Assembly (NCBI GenBank): GCA_001600695.1
Contig: BCKQ01000015.1
Location: forward strand, 48,018 to 112,017
DNA length: 64,000 bases
Origin: Ascoidea asiatica JCM 7603
Lineage: Eukaryota > Fungi > Ascomycota
Direction of reading: 5' to 3'
The position numbers and the translations under genes were made by a program. Positions 12,501-24,270 of the stretch are shown in pieces. The notes beneath the pieces are model-generated. The model saw only the letters and a list, made by a program, of their open reading frames with translations, ran no database searches and was not told the origin of the DNA. Each line of letters starts with the position of its first letter. The stretch's first letter is position 1.

Positions 12501-14105
12501 TAGTTCGTTGTTTGTATTATCAATTATGTGAGAAATAGAACTTTGATTAGTTTGATTTCTTCTTCTTCTATGATCATTTAAGGGACTTGTAATTTGTTGT
12601 TGTTGATATTGATTAATAGAAAGACCATTGGACTGACTAGTTGATGGCATATGATTTTGATTGTTTAAAATAGAGGAATTGTTTTGTAATTGATTTGCAG
12701 TTGAAGGACGAGAAGCAGATGGAGGAGCAAAATTTCCAACTGGAGGCAAGTGAGAACTTGGAGGAGTTCTTTGAAGTGAATTACTGTTACTGTAATCACG
12801 ATTGAGATTATTCGAATTTAGATTTTGCTCACTCTGGGCCATTGGAGGTCTTAAATTATTCTGAATATTAGAATCATGATTGGATTGAATCATGCCTTGT
12901 TGTAGTTGTTGTTGTTGCTGTTTTCGCTGAAGGTAGTAATAATCTTGCAGTAGTTGTAGTGAACTAGGTGGATTTATTGGGGGTTCAGTTGAAGAAGAAA
13001 GCGACGAATTATTATCGATAGGTAAAAATCTTTTGAAATCAGCAAGTAAATCAGGAGCATCAGTAAATAAAGTAGTGACTTCATTATAAACTTCAAAAAT
13101 TGGTTTTTCTTCTCTTTGATAATTTTGTAAGATTTCTAAAAATTGTTTATAAATTTCAGGCTGATTTGTAAACCTAACTTTAACAAGATTAACATAAGAA
13201 ATAGCATCATTAATTTCAACTTGACCTTGCTGTAATTGCATTGGAATTTGAATATTATGAGATAAATTTGGCTGTTGCATTTGAATTTGTTGTTGTTGAG
13301 GATGATTTTGAATATGATTATTGAAAGGTTGTTGTTGTTGTTGTGGGTGTTGTGGCTGTTGTGGCTGGTGTTGCAAAGAAATATTATCTTGTTGATGAAT
13401 TTGTTGTTGAATAGAAGGAATAATAGACTGATTTTGATGAAAATTTTGTTGTTGTTGCTGCTGTTGAAGTGAAATTCGCTCATTAAGTTGCATTTGAGAA
13501 GGTTGTAAGCTATTCAGTTGATTTTCTGGATGAGATAGAGGAATAGAATTAGACTGAGAATGTTGTTGTTGAGATAAAAGTTGAGATTCAATTTGAGATT
13601 GAGAAGTATTTGAATTTACGTTTGTATTAGGATTGGGAATAGAAGATTGAGTAATAGTACCTCGTGGAGTAGTGACCCTTATTGAATGAGGATCAGAAGG
13701 ATCAGTAGAACATTGAATACGATAGCCAGGAGGTAAAAAAGTATTAAACCCTTGAATTAAATTCTGATGCCCATAAAATAAATTTGAAACTCGATTAATG
13801 ACTTCTAATGTATCAATCCTATATCTCAGAGAAAATAGAAAAAAAAAAGTTGAAAAAAATGTTAGTTAGTACCGATACTTGAAATAAATCGAAAAACTGG
13901 TGAAGTGGGTAAACGCTGATAAGCCCAAAAAGAAAAGCAATACATACTCTTGACGCTTAAATGCTTTCATTATTTCAAGAAAGGTATTATAGACATCAGG
14001 TTGTTGATTAAATTGTTCTTTAACATCATTTAAATATAATAAAGCATCGTCCATATTTAAAATTCTCATGTTTCCATGAGATTGATTATCCAGTATATGG
14101 TTCAT
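9528..14105 (-). CDS. SIN3: Sin3 corepressor scaffold of Rpd3 HDAC complexes; exons 14105-13948 and 13818-9528, 129-nt intron, 1482 aa
   Basis: PAH1 is split by the intron ([14 protein letters not shown]...FKRQE|[10 protein letters not shown]...[12 protein letters not shown]). PAH2, PAH3, the HID (GPSYRKLPK...[11 protein letters not shown]) and the C-terminal domain follow. Donor GTATGT, branch TACTAAC 13871-13865, acceptor TAG. Confidence 0.96.
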
Positions 14106-14383
14106 AGCTGAACCTAGTTGATTTTAAGATCTGAACAAAATTACAAAAAAGTATATGAAAGTGAATTAGAATTAAAACAAAGCAACGATAAGCAAATGAT
14201 ATTATATAATTTGATTTTAGTATATATGATAAATAGGAAAAGGTGATTTGTAATAAATATATATTGAAATTTCAAAATATCTATAAAAGAGAAATCAGAG
14301 ATAATGGATTTAAGAAATAAAGTAAGTTCAGTGCTTTACGGTACCATTCAATTTCAGTTACTACCGCAAGTGTAAAATATGAG

Positions 14384-14390
14384 TTACCCG
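14384..14390 (+). promoter_or_regulatory. Reb1-type site TTACCCG in the SIN3-NOP7 divergent intergenic region
   Basis: Exact match to the Reb1 core about 280 bp upstream of the SIN3 ATG; single site. Confidence 0.4.
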
Positions 14391-15130
14391 CAATGCACGC
14401 AGTCTCAAAACGAGAAGCGCCGTGAAAGTGGTCTCATGGAAGGAATCTTTATCGCTGAACATAGCAAGAAATAAACCAGTTGATCAAGATTAATTTATTA
14501 TTGGTTTTATTCATTTGTTTTTCATAAGGAATTTTGAGTATCATTATACTGTATGATTTTTACATTTGAATACAAACTTCAAATTAGATTTTTTTGATTT
14601 TTTTTAATTTTTTTAAATTTTAATCCGATAGATTATATGGGGTTCTAGGTTTCTTTTCTCAGTGATTAAATGAGGGAAATATCTTTTAAGCTATTTCTCA
14701 AGGATTTAATCAACTTCACTCAAAATGATGAATTTTCGAATACAAAAGTATTACAAATCCTAAATAATTGTTTGCTTCTCATCATTTTGTAAGTATGTTT
14801 GTGTATTGTTTTGGAGTGTTTTCATCCTCTGCAACGTTTTCCGATTTTTCAACTCTTTAAAAAGCAATGGAAAATCAAAATCCGGTATTACACATGATAA
14901 TATTTTCTAAAAAGGTAAACCGAGAGTATATATTTCCCTTATAGGAATAATACAGGCGACTGCATCAAAAGAGATAGTCACGAGGTCCAACACTGAAAAT
15001 GGAAAAAAAAAAAATATTTAGAAAAATTAATTTTTTTTTCATGTTTCAATATTTCATATAAACAAACTATTTTTTTTTTATTTTAAAAATTTTAAAATAT
15101 TTTATTTAATATTCATATCATCAAATTGAA

Positions 15131-16843
15131 ATGGCAAGAATTAAAAAGAGAAATGTTTCTGGAAATGCAAAGAATTTCATAACTAGGACTCAAGCTGTTA
15201 AGAAGCTTCAAGTCAGTCTTGCTGATTTCAGAAGATTATGTATTTTCAAAGGAATTTATCCAAGAGAACCAAAAAATAAAAAAAAAGCAAATCATAGTTC
15301 AACAAAACCTGTAACCTTTTATTATTTTAAAGATATTCAATATTTATTACATGAACCTATTTTAAATCATTTTAGACAGCATAAAATTTTTTCAAGAAAA
15401 TTATCAAAATTATTAAATAGAAATGAAATTTATAATGCAAAATTACTTAATGATGGAAATAAACCAATTATGAAGTTAGATCATGTTATAAAAGAAAGGT
15501 ATCCAACTTTTTTAGATGCTCTTCGTGATTTAGATGATGCTTTAAATATGATATTTTTATTTGCTAACATGCCTCCAACCTCAATTTCCCATAACTTTAA
15601 AATTAGTAATAAAATTATCAATAATTGTGAAAGAATATCAAATCATTGGATGGCATATAATGCAAAAACTAAGTCTTTAAGAAAAGTTTTTGTTTCTATC
15701 AAAGGTGTTTATTATGAATCAATCATAAAAGGTCAAAATGTATTTTGGCTTGTACCTTTTAAATTTCCTCAAAATATTCCAACTGATATCGATTTTAGAA
15801 TCATGGCAACTTTTTTAGAATTTTATATTACTCTTTTAAATTTCATTTTATTTAAATTATTTACTGATGAAGGACTTATTTATCCTCCTCCAATTGATCA
15901 TAAAATATTCAAATCTATCGGTGGTTTATCTTCTTATTTATTAGGTAATGAAAATGATCTAAAATCCAAAGAATCCGGTTTAGAAAATATTGAAGAAAAT
16001 GAAGAAAATGAGGAGAAGATTCAATCTTTAGATAATTTTGAACCAATAAAGAATGATGGTGACAATTTACTTCAACCGTCAAATTTAGAGAATCCAGTTT
16101 CACCTTTATTTAAAGGAAAGGTATTTTTTATTGGTAGAGAAGTTCCTTTTGAAATTTTAGAATTTGCAATTTTATCTTGTAGTGGTAAAGTTATTTCTGA
16201 AATTTCATTTGAACTTTTATCTAAAGAAGATCAAGAAGCTTTGTTATCTAAAAATATAATAACTCATCAAATAGTTGATCGACCTTCATTAACAAATAAA
16301 ATTTTAGGAAGAACATATATTCAAGCTCAATGGGTATTTGATTCAATTAATAAAGGATCACTTTTACCTGTAAGTGATTTTGCTCCAGGAGAAGTTTTAC
16401 CCCCACATTTATCACCTTGGGGTGATAATTCTGGTTATAATCCAGAATTTATCAAACCTAGAATTGCTGAAGAAAATGAACTATCCGAAGATGAAGATGA
16501 AAGTGTTATAGATAATGGTATTGAAGATAATGAAATTTCAAATAAAATGACATTAGATGAAGACGAAATTTCTAATCAAAAAGAAATTGAATGGGAATTA
16601 GCTGGCAAAAAATTTTCAGATTTAAAAAATCTTGAAAGTAAATCTAGTGTCTCTAGAAAAAGACCTGTACCCGAAAATGATGAAGATCAGGAGGCTAAAG
16701 AACTCGCAAAAATCATGATGTCAAGAAAACATAAAAAGTTATATAATAAAATTAAGTTTAGCAGTAACAAAAATGAATCTAAAAAATCTGCCTTAATAGA
16801 AAAGAAACGTAAACTAGAAAAAAGAAAAAATAGTTCCAATTGA
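15131..16843 (+). CDS. NOP7: Pescadillo homolog, 60S biogenesis
   Basis: KKLQVSLADFRRLCIFKGIYPREP N-terminus, BRCT domain, LPPHLSPW, basic C-terminus. Confidence 0.96.
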   Translation: MARIKKRNVSGNAKNFITRTQAVKKLQVSLADFRRLCIFKGIYPREPKNKKKANHSSTKPVTFYYFKDIQYLLHEPILNHFRQHKIFSRKLSKLLNRNEIYNAKLLNDGNKPIMKLDHVIKERYPTFLDALRDLDDALNMIFLFANMPPTSISHNFKISNKIINNCERISNHWMAYNAKTKSLRKVFVSIKGVYYESIIKGQNVFWLVPFKFPQNIPTDIDFRIMATFLEFYITLLNFILFKLFTDEGLIYPPPIDHKIFKSIGGLSSYLLGNENDLKSKESGLENIEENEENEEKIQSLDNFEPIKNDGDNLLQPSNLENPVSPLFKGKVFFIGREVPFEILEFAILSCSGKVISEISFELLSKEDQEALLSKNIITHQIVDRPSLTNKILGRTYIQAQWVFDSINKGSLLPVSDFAPGEVLPPHLSPWGDNSGYNPEFIKPRIAEENELSEDEDESVIDNGIEDNEISNKMTLDEDEISNQKEIEWELAGKKFSDLKNLESKSSVSRKRPVPENDEDQEAKELAKIMMSRKHKKLYNKIKFSSNKNESKKSALIEKKRKLEKRKNSSN

Positions 16844-17502
16844 AATTAATTCACAGAAGAAAAAAATATCAATAAAAAATTAGGAGTATTTAACTTTTAG
16901 CATTAGTTTTTTTTATATATAATAAATCTATTTAATAATGTGCTGTAGCAAATAAGATGATTGTCATCGTAAATGCTTGAATCTTATGAAGAAATTGAGT
17001 TTTTTTGTAAATTTTTTTTTTAGATATACAAAAGTCTCAAAAACATTGAAAAAGAGTTTAACAATTATCATTAAACTCAATAATAATAGTTATCAAGCCT
17101 TGGTCAATATTTTTCAGATCAATTTCAATATCAAGCAGTTACGTAACGTTAGTAAATAAAATAATACACAACAATAAAAGATGGTAAAGCTACAATTTTT
17201 GCTTTTATTAACTTTAATATTGTGGCAAACAATTGAAAAATGAGATATTCGTTATTATCTAACAAATTACATAATCGGAATTCAGATATGTTTACTATTT
17301 TGAAAATTCAATAACCGACAGATGAATAAGTAAATAAATAATTAAATAAATAAAACAGTAAATGAATGAATAACTTAACAGATCATAAATAATAAATTTT
17401 GATGCAATAGAATAACTAAGTTTAAATTTTAATTCAGTTCAATTATAGAATTTATATTATGGTAATATAAAAGCCATCTGAAACCACACATTCCCTTTGA
17501 AA

Positions 17503-20016
17503 ATGTCTAGCAGAAGAAGCGAAATTGAAGCTAAAAGGCAAAGATTATTGGAATTACGAAAACTAAGAGAGCAAAAGAAGTTGCATGATCAAATCAATCT
17601 TAAAAAAGAACAAGAGTCCAACCAATCTAAAAATCCTTCAAAGGATAATGTTAATGAGCTTTCAAGTACAAATTTATTCCATGATAAGAGTTTGAATCAG
17701 CTAGTTAATCAACTAGTTGGCTCTTTACCTCGTTCTGCTTCCTCTTCCACGTCTTCTTTGAATCTCAGTTCCAGTAAAGGTGAATTAAGTAACATTAATA
17801 ATAATATCAGCAATGCCAATGTCAGCACTCTCAATGGCAACCTGAAAAGATATGTAACAGTATCCACTCAAACAGATTCAAACATAATTCTGGAAGATAA
17901 AACAACAAATGATACTCTTTTGAAGGACACTCTTTCAAATGACTCAAATGATTATATATCAGATAATTCAATGTCTACATCAACTCACCCATCAACTTTA
18001 AAATCAAAAACCCAGGCAAATATTACTTTATATGATAAGTCTGTACAAACTTTAGATTTCCAGTTACAAAATGAAGAGGAATTATTAATAGAAAAAAAAA
18101 AGCTTGAAGACAAATTGACTATTGAAATAACAAAAAAATTCAAAGAAAGTGAATTAAATTTTTGTAAACTTCAAATTCAATCAGACATCAAATCAAGGTC
18201 AAACGAAAATAATCAAAATGTAAAAAACCTCAATAGTTCAAATCAAATATCCAAGATAAATCAGGCTGAAATAAATCAGGTCATTGAATCTAGTGAAAAT
18301 GACGATGACGATGAAGACATTGATAATTTTTTACCAAATAATGATTTTATTGAAAGTTTAAAAGCTCGAAATGAAAACTTGAAAAATGAAAAATTAAATG
18401 GCTTTTTGAACAAGTCTTTAAAATTAATAAATAAAGCTTTAAATCAAAATGATTTGAGTATTCTAAAAGATTATTCAAATTTAAATTCAAATTTAAATAA
18501 TAGTTCTAATTCAAATCTTTTGAATAACGAAAATGACGACGATAAGCAAATTATACAATTTAGGTCTTTTTTTAATGATACTTATTCAAAAAATAAAACA
18601 ATTTCTGCTCTTGATTTTTCTCAATTTCATGAAGAACTATTGCTCTCTTCTCATATTTCAAATTCTTTTAATACTACTTTCTCTAACACAAATAGTAATT
18701 TTACTAATAATTTCAGTAACTTCGGAACAGATAATAAATCTTTAATTCAAATATGGAACTGTGAATTTTCTAATAATACCCCAGAATATATCTTTACTTC
18801 AAGTACTGATATTATATCTGCAACTTTTGCTAAAAATTCCCCAAATATCATATTTGGTGGAGGTTATAATGGAAAAGTATTTGCTTGGGATCTAAGATCT
18901 AATACTAAACATCCCATATTAGCCACCCCAGTAGGCAATGGTTCGGAAAGTACCCATTCTCATCCAATATTTAGTTTGAACCATATCAGGGTATCCAATT
19001 CTAATTCAAATAAAAATTTCAAAACCATTCAATTCCAGGAAAGCTCGTATGGTATCAATGACAATCCTACTCGTAGTAATGATGTGAGTAATAATGAACT
19101 GAATACTGGTACCAGACAATCTGGAACTGTCATTTCAGTTAGTACTGATGGAACTATCTGTACTTGGTTGCCTTATCTTTTTTCCAAGCCTATTTCACCT
19201 CCAATTCATTTGAAATCTCCCCCGGGGTTGTTATCTAGATATGATGAGTTAGCTCCAACAGCAAGCTGTTTTTTAAATTCTGATCTATCCGGAATAATTC
19301 TTGGTTGTGAAGATGGGAAAATATATCGTGTTAAAAGATTTAATTCAGCAATTGATAAAATTGGTATTGATCTGAAAAATGTTTTTTCGGGACATAAAGA
19401 TTCTGCTATAACTTCCCTATCTGCTCATACTTCAAGATATAGTTTTTTTTCAAATTGCTTTTTGAGTTCTGGATTTGATTGGAACATTAAGCTATGGAAA
19501 TATACAACAAATACTGATTTATCGTCCGTCGCCTCGAGAACGATCAAACAGAACGATTTATCAAATAATTCAATTCAAACCATTGATCCCATTCTTGAAA
19601 TTAAAAGGAATGATGTTGTTATGGATGTAAAGTGGAGACCGAATAATAGTTCTCAATTTTGTTCTGTTGGTGGTTCAGGACTTTTAGAATTTTGGGATCT
19701 AACAAAAGATCTAATTTCCCCATTAGTTGAAGTGGTTCCTTCAATGAATTTTTCAGGAATACATAAAACTGCTGAAAAGGTGCCTACTTCTAATACTCTT
19801 TTGAATGGAATTGAGTTTAACAATGATAATTACCAAGAAGAAATAATTCCTTCATTAAATAAGGTCTGTTGGAATAAATCTGGAAATAATGTTGCAACTG
19901 GTGGACTAGATGGATCCGTTAATGTTTTCAAATTTACAGGCGAATTGGTTAATAATCCAAAGGGCAATCAGGAAAGCGAAGCTCAATTGAAAAGATTGCT
20001 ATTTGATAATAATTAG
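17503..20016 (+). CDS. PAC11: Cytoplasmic dynein intermediate chain (WD40)
   Basis: N-terminal coiled coil RRSEIEAKRQRLLELRK, light-chain motifs VSTQT and YDKSVQT, WD40 repeats (HSHPIF, SSGFDWNIKLW, VMDVKWRP). First ATG is 17503; the track start is a TTG. Confidence 0.9.
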   Translation: MSSRRSEIEAKRQRLLELRKLREQKKLHDQINLKKEQESNQSKNPSKDNVNELSSTNLFHDKSLNQLVNQLVGSLPRSASSSTSSLNLSSSKGELSNINNNISNANVSTLNGNLKRYVTVSTQTDSNIILEDKTTNDTLLKDTLSNDSNDYISDNSMSTSTHPSTLKSKTQANITLYDKSVQTLDFQLQNEEELLIEKKKLEDKLTIEITKKFKESELNFCKLQIQSDIKSRSNENNQNVKNLNSSNQISKINQAEINQVIESSENDDDDEDIDNFLPNNDFIESLKARNENLKNEKLNGFLNKSLKLINKALNQNDLSILKDYSNLNSNLNNSSNSNLLNNENDDDKQIIQFRSFFNDTYSKNKTISALDFSQFHEELLLSSHISNSFNTTFSNTNSNFTNNFSNFGTDNKSLIQIWNCEFSNNTPEYIFTSSTDIISATFAKNSPNIIFGGGYNGKVFAWDLRSNTKHPILATPVGNGSESTHSHPIFSLNHIRVSNSNSNKNFKTIQFQESSYGINDNPTRSNDVSNNELNTGTRQSGTVISVSTDGTICTWLPYLFSKPISPPIHLKSPPGLLSRYDELAPTASCFLNSDLSGIILGCEDGKIYRVKRFNSAIDKIGIDLKNVFSGHKDSAITSLSAHTSRYSFFSNCFLSSGFDWNIKLWKYTTNTDLSSVASRTIKQNDLSNNSIQTIDPILEIKRNDVVMDVKWRPNNSSQFCSVGGSGLLEFWDLTKDLISPLVEVVPSMNFSGIHKTAEKVPTSNTLLNGIEFNNDNYQEEIIPSLNKVCWNKSGNNVATGGLDGSVNVFKFTGELVNNPKGNQESEAQLKRLLFDNN

Positions 20017-20409
20017 ATGTTCTTTCTTATTATCTCTGAATGAGGACTTAATAAAAATGTAGTATAAACTGATTATTTTCTTCCTTTCAAATTTTGGAAG
20101 TGTTCTCACGATTTTTAAGTTTAATTTTTTTGAAAAGAATTACTTAATTCCTTGATTTCAATGGATGATAGAAACGTTGTATAGTACTAACATGCTACTT
20201 ACAATATATGATATTTGATTCATTAAATAAATAATCACTTTTTGAACTAAAGTAATATTGAAAAAAGTTGATTATGAGATTTGAAAGCCCAAAACAAACT
20301 CAAATTAAAGCTATAAATATTACTAAAAATTGAGTTGAGTCTAAAAATACAAAAAGAGAATACATTGAAGAAAAGAATAAGTTTAAGCTGAAAGTTAAAG
20401 ATAAGTAAA

Positions 20410-22854
20410 TTATAAATATTTTGAAAATAATGTTTGCTTAGCCTGAACATGAATTTCGCCAGATAATTGGTCATGTTTTAATTCAATAGTATCAGCTGTT
20501 GCTAATGTCAATAATTCAAAAAAGCATCTTGCTGCCTCTTTTTTTGGAATCTGACTCAAAGGCTCTTCCGACTCCAAATTCTTAGAGATTATATTAGATA
20601 AAGTTGTAATGTCATCCTTCGGCTGTGATGGAGTTTCTGAAAATATTTCCCTTAAATCATTTGCTATTGTTATTGTTGATTTTGAAACTTTAGATTGGGA
20701 ATAGGTTGAAATTGAGGCTAATTCATCCTCGTTATCGTTTTCTGATGTAATAGAAGAGGTATGACGAGCCAAAGAAGATACCATTTGAGAAGAATCTATT
20801 TGCTCAAAAGTTTGAGAAATAATGTCTTCTTCATCTACAAGTTCCTCTTCGGGCAAAATGGCATCTTTTCCCAATTGTGATGGGGCGATTGTTTGTGTTT
20901 GAGCATCTTCAGGAACAAAGTCATCACCTATTAGTTCATGTTCCATAACGTCACCGAAATCCATATCAAAATCGAAATCATTCATATTATCTTGAGCTTC
21001 ATTTAGATCTTGCCCGTCTGTTCCACCTGTAAAATCTTCTGGTTCTGCTAAAGGTTTATCTTTTTCAATTTCTTCTATTTTCTCCGGCAATAATTTATCT
21101 TGAATATTGTCATTATCATGAACCTCTGGATTGTCTTGAGAAGTTTTGTCAGTTAGTTGAGAAGGAGATAAGTTCAAGTCAAGTTTAATATTTGAATATT
21201 CTTGATTTTGATCTTGGTCTTCTATATCATTTTTTTTTGAATTTTTATTTTTTTTTATTTCATTAATTTGATTTTTATTTAAAGTCCATAATGAATTGAA
21301 TAATTTTTTATTTATTAAAAACCCATTTGCAGGGTTTATACTAAAATTAAATAATTTTAGCTTATTCTCAACTGAAAATAAATTTTTAATGTCATTTTTA
21401 CTATTACTATTGATTTGATTTCTTTGTTCAGTTGAAAGCTCCTTTTCAAAATACGATGAAGGTAATTCTGTCATACTATCCACTATAACTTTTGACTTTT
21501 TAATAGTTTGCGGTGCGTTTGAGTCTTTTGAAACTTTTCTTTTTCTTTTTTTTTGAATATGAACTTGAGGCTCAGATTCTTGTTCTTGTGGTTCTGGCTG
21601 TTCTTGTTGGTCTTCATTTTCTTCACGTAAAGGTACAGCTCTCATTAATTCAAGTTCTTCAATTGGAGTTAAGGGGGTTAAGGGATGCAGTATATCACCC
21701 AAATTAGACTGTGTTTCTTGATCATTTTGCTTATTAGGCTCTGGAGTTTTAAGCAAATTAGAATCATCAAAAGCCAATTCGGGTAATTCGTTTGAATTAA
21801 TATCCATATCCATTCCAGCAAAGTCAGGATGATCAAAATCATTTTGTTCAGGTTCTTCATCATGATCAATTTTATCATTCAATGGTAAATTTATATCAGA
21901 GTGAGTATCTGATAAAGGATTAATTGCTCGTCTACCAGTTTCTATAGTAGAATCATTCAAATTCAAGGAAGTTTCATTGTCTTTAATATTACTCTGAGGT
22001 TCTGGAAGTTCTTGATACTGTAGATCATCGAAATTGATTTCTAAATTATCATCTAAATTTAAAAGATCATCATGTTGATGACGTTGAGAGTTTCTTGGCA
22101 ATTCAAGATTTATTTCAAAATCAAGATCATCTTGAATATTTTTCTTTTTTGATGTATTTATATTCTTACTCAGATTTTGATCTTGATTTTTTCTAGCTTT
22201 ATAATTTAAATTATTAGTATCATCGGATTGTAAAATATTTAATATGTTTTCGGGATTGGTTAAATTAGAATCTAAATCTAAATCAAAGTTTAAATCTAAA
22301 GGTTCTTGATAAAATAAATCAGTATCGGTAATGGTATCCTGTAATATTAAATTATTTAAAGTCATTGTTTCTGAAGGTGGTAAAATTGTTTGATTAAAAT
22401 TAAAGTTATTATTGTTGTTGAAATCATTGATATTATTATTTATATTATTTGATCTGAAGGTTCTTTTTAGATTATTTAAAACATTTGTAACGTCATCTAA
22501 TAAGAATTTTTCTTTTTTTGAATATATTTTAACAATACCATATAATAATTCACCAGATATTCTCAAAGCAATTGGTTGTTTATGAACTAGTAAGGAATCA
22601 TCACCATTATTATTGTTTTTACTTTTCCTGCTGTTAGTTTTGTTTATTTGAGAAGATCGAGAAGACAGTGAAAATGATGAAGAAGTTGTTGAGTTTAATT
22701 TTGATTTTGAAGTATTTTTAAGTATAACTTCTGCCGATTTCGAAATATTAGTATTTAAGTATTGATTTTTAGTTAACTTTTTATCTAAATTTGCTGCAAG
22801 CCAAACAGTTGCAAGTGGACCTTGTCTTGAAAGTAAATCTTGATTATATGACAT
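20410..22854 (-). CDS. MCD1: Mitotic cohesin kleisin Scc1/Rad21
   Basis: GPLATVWLAA and ALRISGELLYGIVKIYSKK N-domain; KKEAARCFFELLTLAT winged helix; separase-type site STIETGRR; MCB elements upstream. Confidence 0.93.
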   Translation of the reverse strand: MSYNQDLLSRQGPLATVWLAANLDKKLTKNQYLNTNISKSAEVILKNTSKSKLNSTTSSSFSLSSRSSQINKTNSRKSKNNNNGDDSLLVHKQPIALRISGELLYGIVKIYSKKEKFLLDDVTNVLNNLKRTFRSNNINNNINDFNNNNNFNFNQTILPPSETMTLNNLILQDTITDTDLFYQEPLDLNFDLDLDSNLTNPENILNILQSDDTNNLNYKARKNQDQNLSKNINTSKKKNIQDDLDFEINLELPRNSQRHQHDDLLNLDDNLEINFDDLQYQELPEPQSNIKDNETSLNLNDSTIETGRRAINPLSDTHSDINLPLNDKIDHDEEPEQNDFDHPDFAGMDMDINSNELPELAFDDSNLLKTPEPNKQNDQETQSNLGDILHPLTPLTPIEELELMRAVPLREENEDQQEQPEPQEQESEPQVHIQKKRKRKVSKDSNAPQTIKKSKVIVDSMTELPSSYFEKELSTEQRNQINSNSKNDIKNLFSVENKLKLFNFSINPANGFLINKKLFNSLWTLNKNQINEIKKNKNSKKNDIEDQDQNQEYSNIKLDLNLSPSQLTDKTSQDNPEVHDNDNIQDKLLPEKIEEIEKDKPLAEPEDFTGGTDGQDLNEAQDNMNDFDFDMDFGDVMEHELIGDDFVPEDAQTQTIAPSQLGKDAILPEEELVDEEDIISQTFEQIDSSQMVSSLARHTSSITSENDNEDELASISTYSQSKVSKSTITIANDLREIFSETPSQPKDDITTLSNIISKNLESEEPLSQIPKKEAARCFFELLTLATADTIELKHDQLSGEIHVQAKQTLFSKYL

Positions 22855-23199
22855 TATTGATAAAAATTAATAAAAAAAAAGGAAAAGGAAATTAAAATTG
22901 TTGAGAGCGAAGCAAAGCAAAAGTAAAAGCGAAAACAAAGCAAAAGCAAGATAATCAATCAGATTATAATATAAAGTCTAAATGCAGAATATAATGATGA
23001 AAAGGCTAAAAAGAGAATCAATAAAGTATTATGTGAATCAAGAGAATGAATGCTAATGTAATAGCCAAAGTAATTATTCAAATTCAGTTGTTGAAATATA
23101 TTCAAATGAATGAAAATTATAAATATATCGATAATAAGATAATATATGATTAGGATATTCCATCAACATAATATTTCTCCCTGGAGGAGGCCGGAAGCA

Positions 23200-23248
23200 A
23201 CGCGTAAAAAGAATAAACACACAATAAAGAGGAAAAAGCATTACGCGA
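23200..23248. promoter_or_regulatory. Two MCB (MBF) cell-cycle boxes upstream of MCD1
   Basis: ACGCGT 23200-23205 and ACGCGA 23243-23248; MCD1 is an established G1/S MBF target in yeasts. Confidence 0.75.
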
Positions 23249-23616
23249 CAAACTTCAAGCTTGGTGTTTACATTTTCCCGTTTCAGAACGATAATATTCG
23301 CTATATGTTCTGTATTTTAAAGTATTTGAAAAAGTTATATTTATTTTTGATATCAGATATATTTGATGACTTTATTGAAATAAATTTATTATAGGTTATA
23401 AAACGAGGAAATTTAAAGCAAGACTAATACAGAAACAGAATTACATATGCAAGAAAGATAAAAAATAAAGAAACATACACAAAAAAAAAAAAGGAGAAAA
23501 AAGAAAAAAAAAATCAACACTTATAAATAAAAAGGAATGGAAGATAACTGAGCATGTTCTTATATGGCAAGATCTCAAAAGTATTAGCTAAGGATTGCTA
23601 GTATGATTATCAGCAT

Positions 23617-24192
23617 TCAGATTGGAGAATCAACGGTATATGTAATATCTTGATCTCTTTCTAAAAACTTGCTTTTTCTTTTACTATTAATATTAGTATT
23701 ATTACTAGCAATATCACCATTATTATTAATATTAATATTTTTATCATCAATATATTTATTATCATTGAGTTCTTTAGTGATTGGAATTTCATTAGAATTC
23801 ATTTTATCCTTTTCATATTTTTTTTTATAGGAGATTTCCTTTCTATGTTTGATATTATCTAAATTATAATTAAGATCAAGATCGTCTAATTTTCCAAATC
23901 TTTCTTCATAAATTTTAACTACATTTTCTAACCTTTTTCTTTCAATTATTTCATTTGTAATTTCAACATAATGATCTTTATTCAATTCTTCAACCATTTT
24001 CTTGAATTCAGTTTTTAAATAGGTTAAATTAGAGATCGGGGATGTTGAAGAAGATCCAGTTCCAATTGCATTACTGATTCTTTCATTGATTATTGGAGAA
24101 TTAAGAGTTCCGGAAATCCTTATACCACTACCGTTATAGTTTACGTTAGTATTTATATTACTTAAGTTATTTGAATTACTGTCACCATTGTG

Positions 24193-24270
<78 letters not shown>

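Noticed and set aside
13866-14105. Separate 79-aa gene
   Set aside because: It is SIN3 exon 1 read into the intron.
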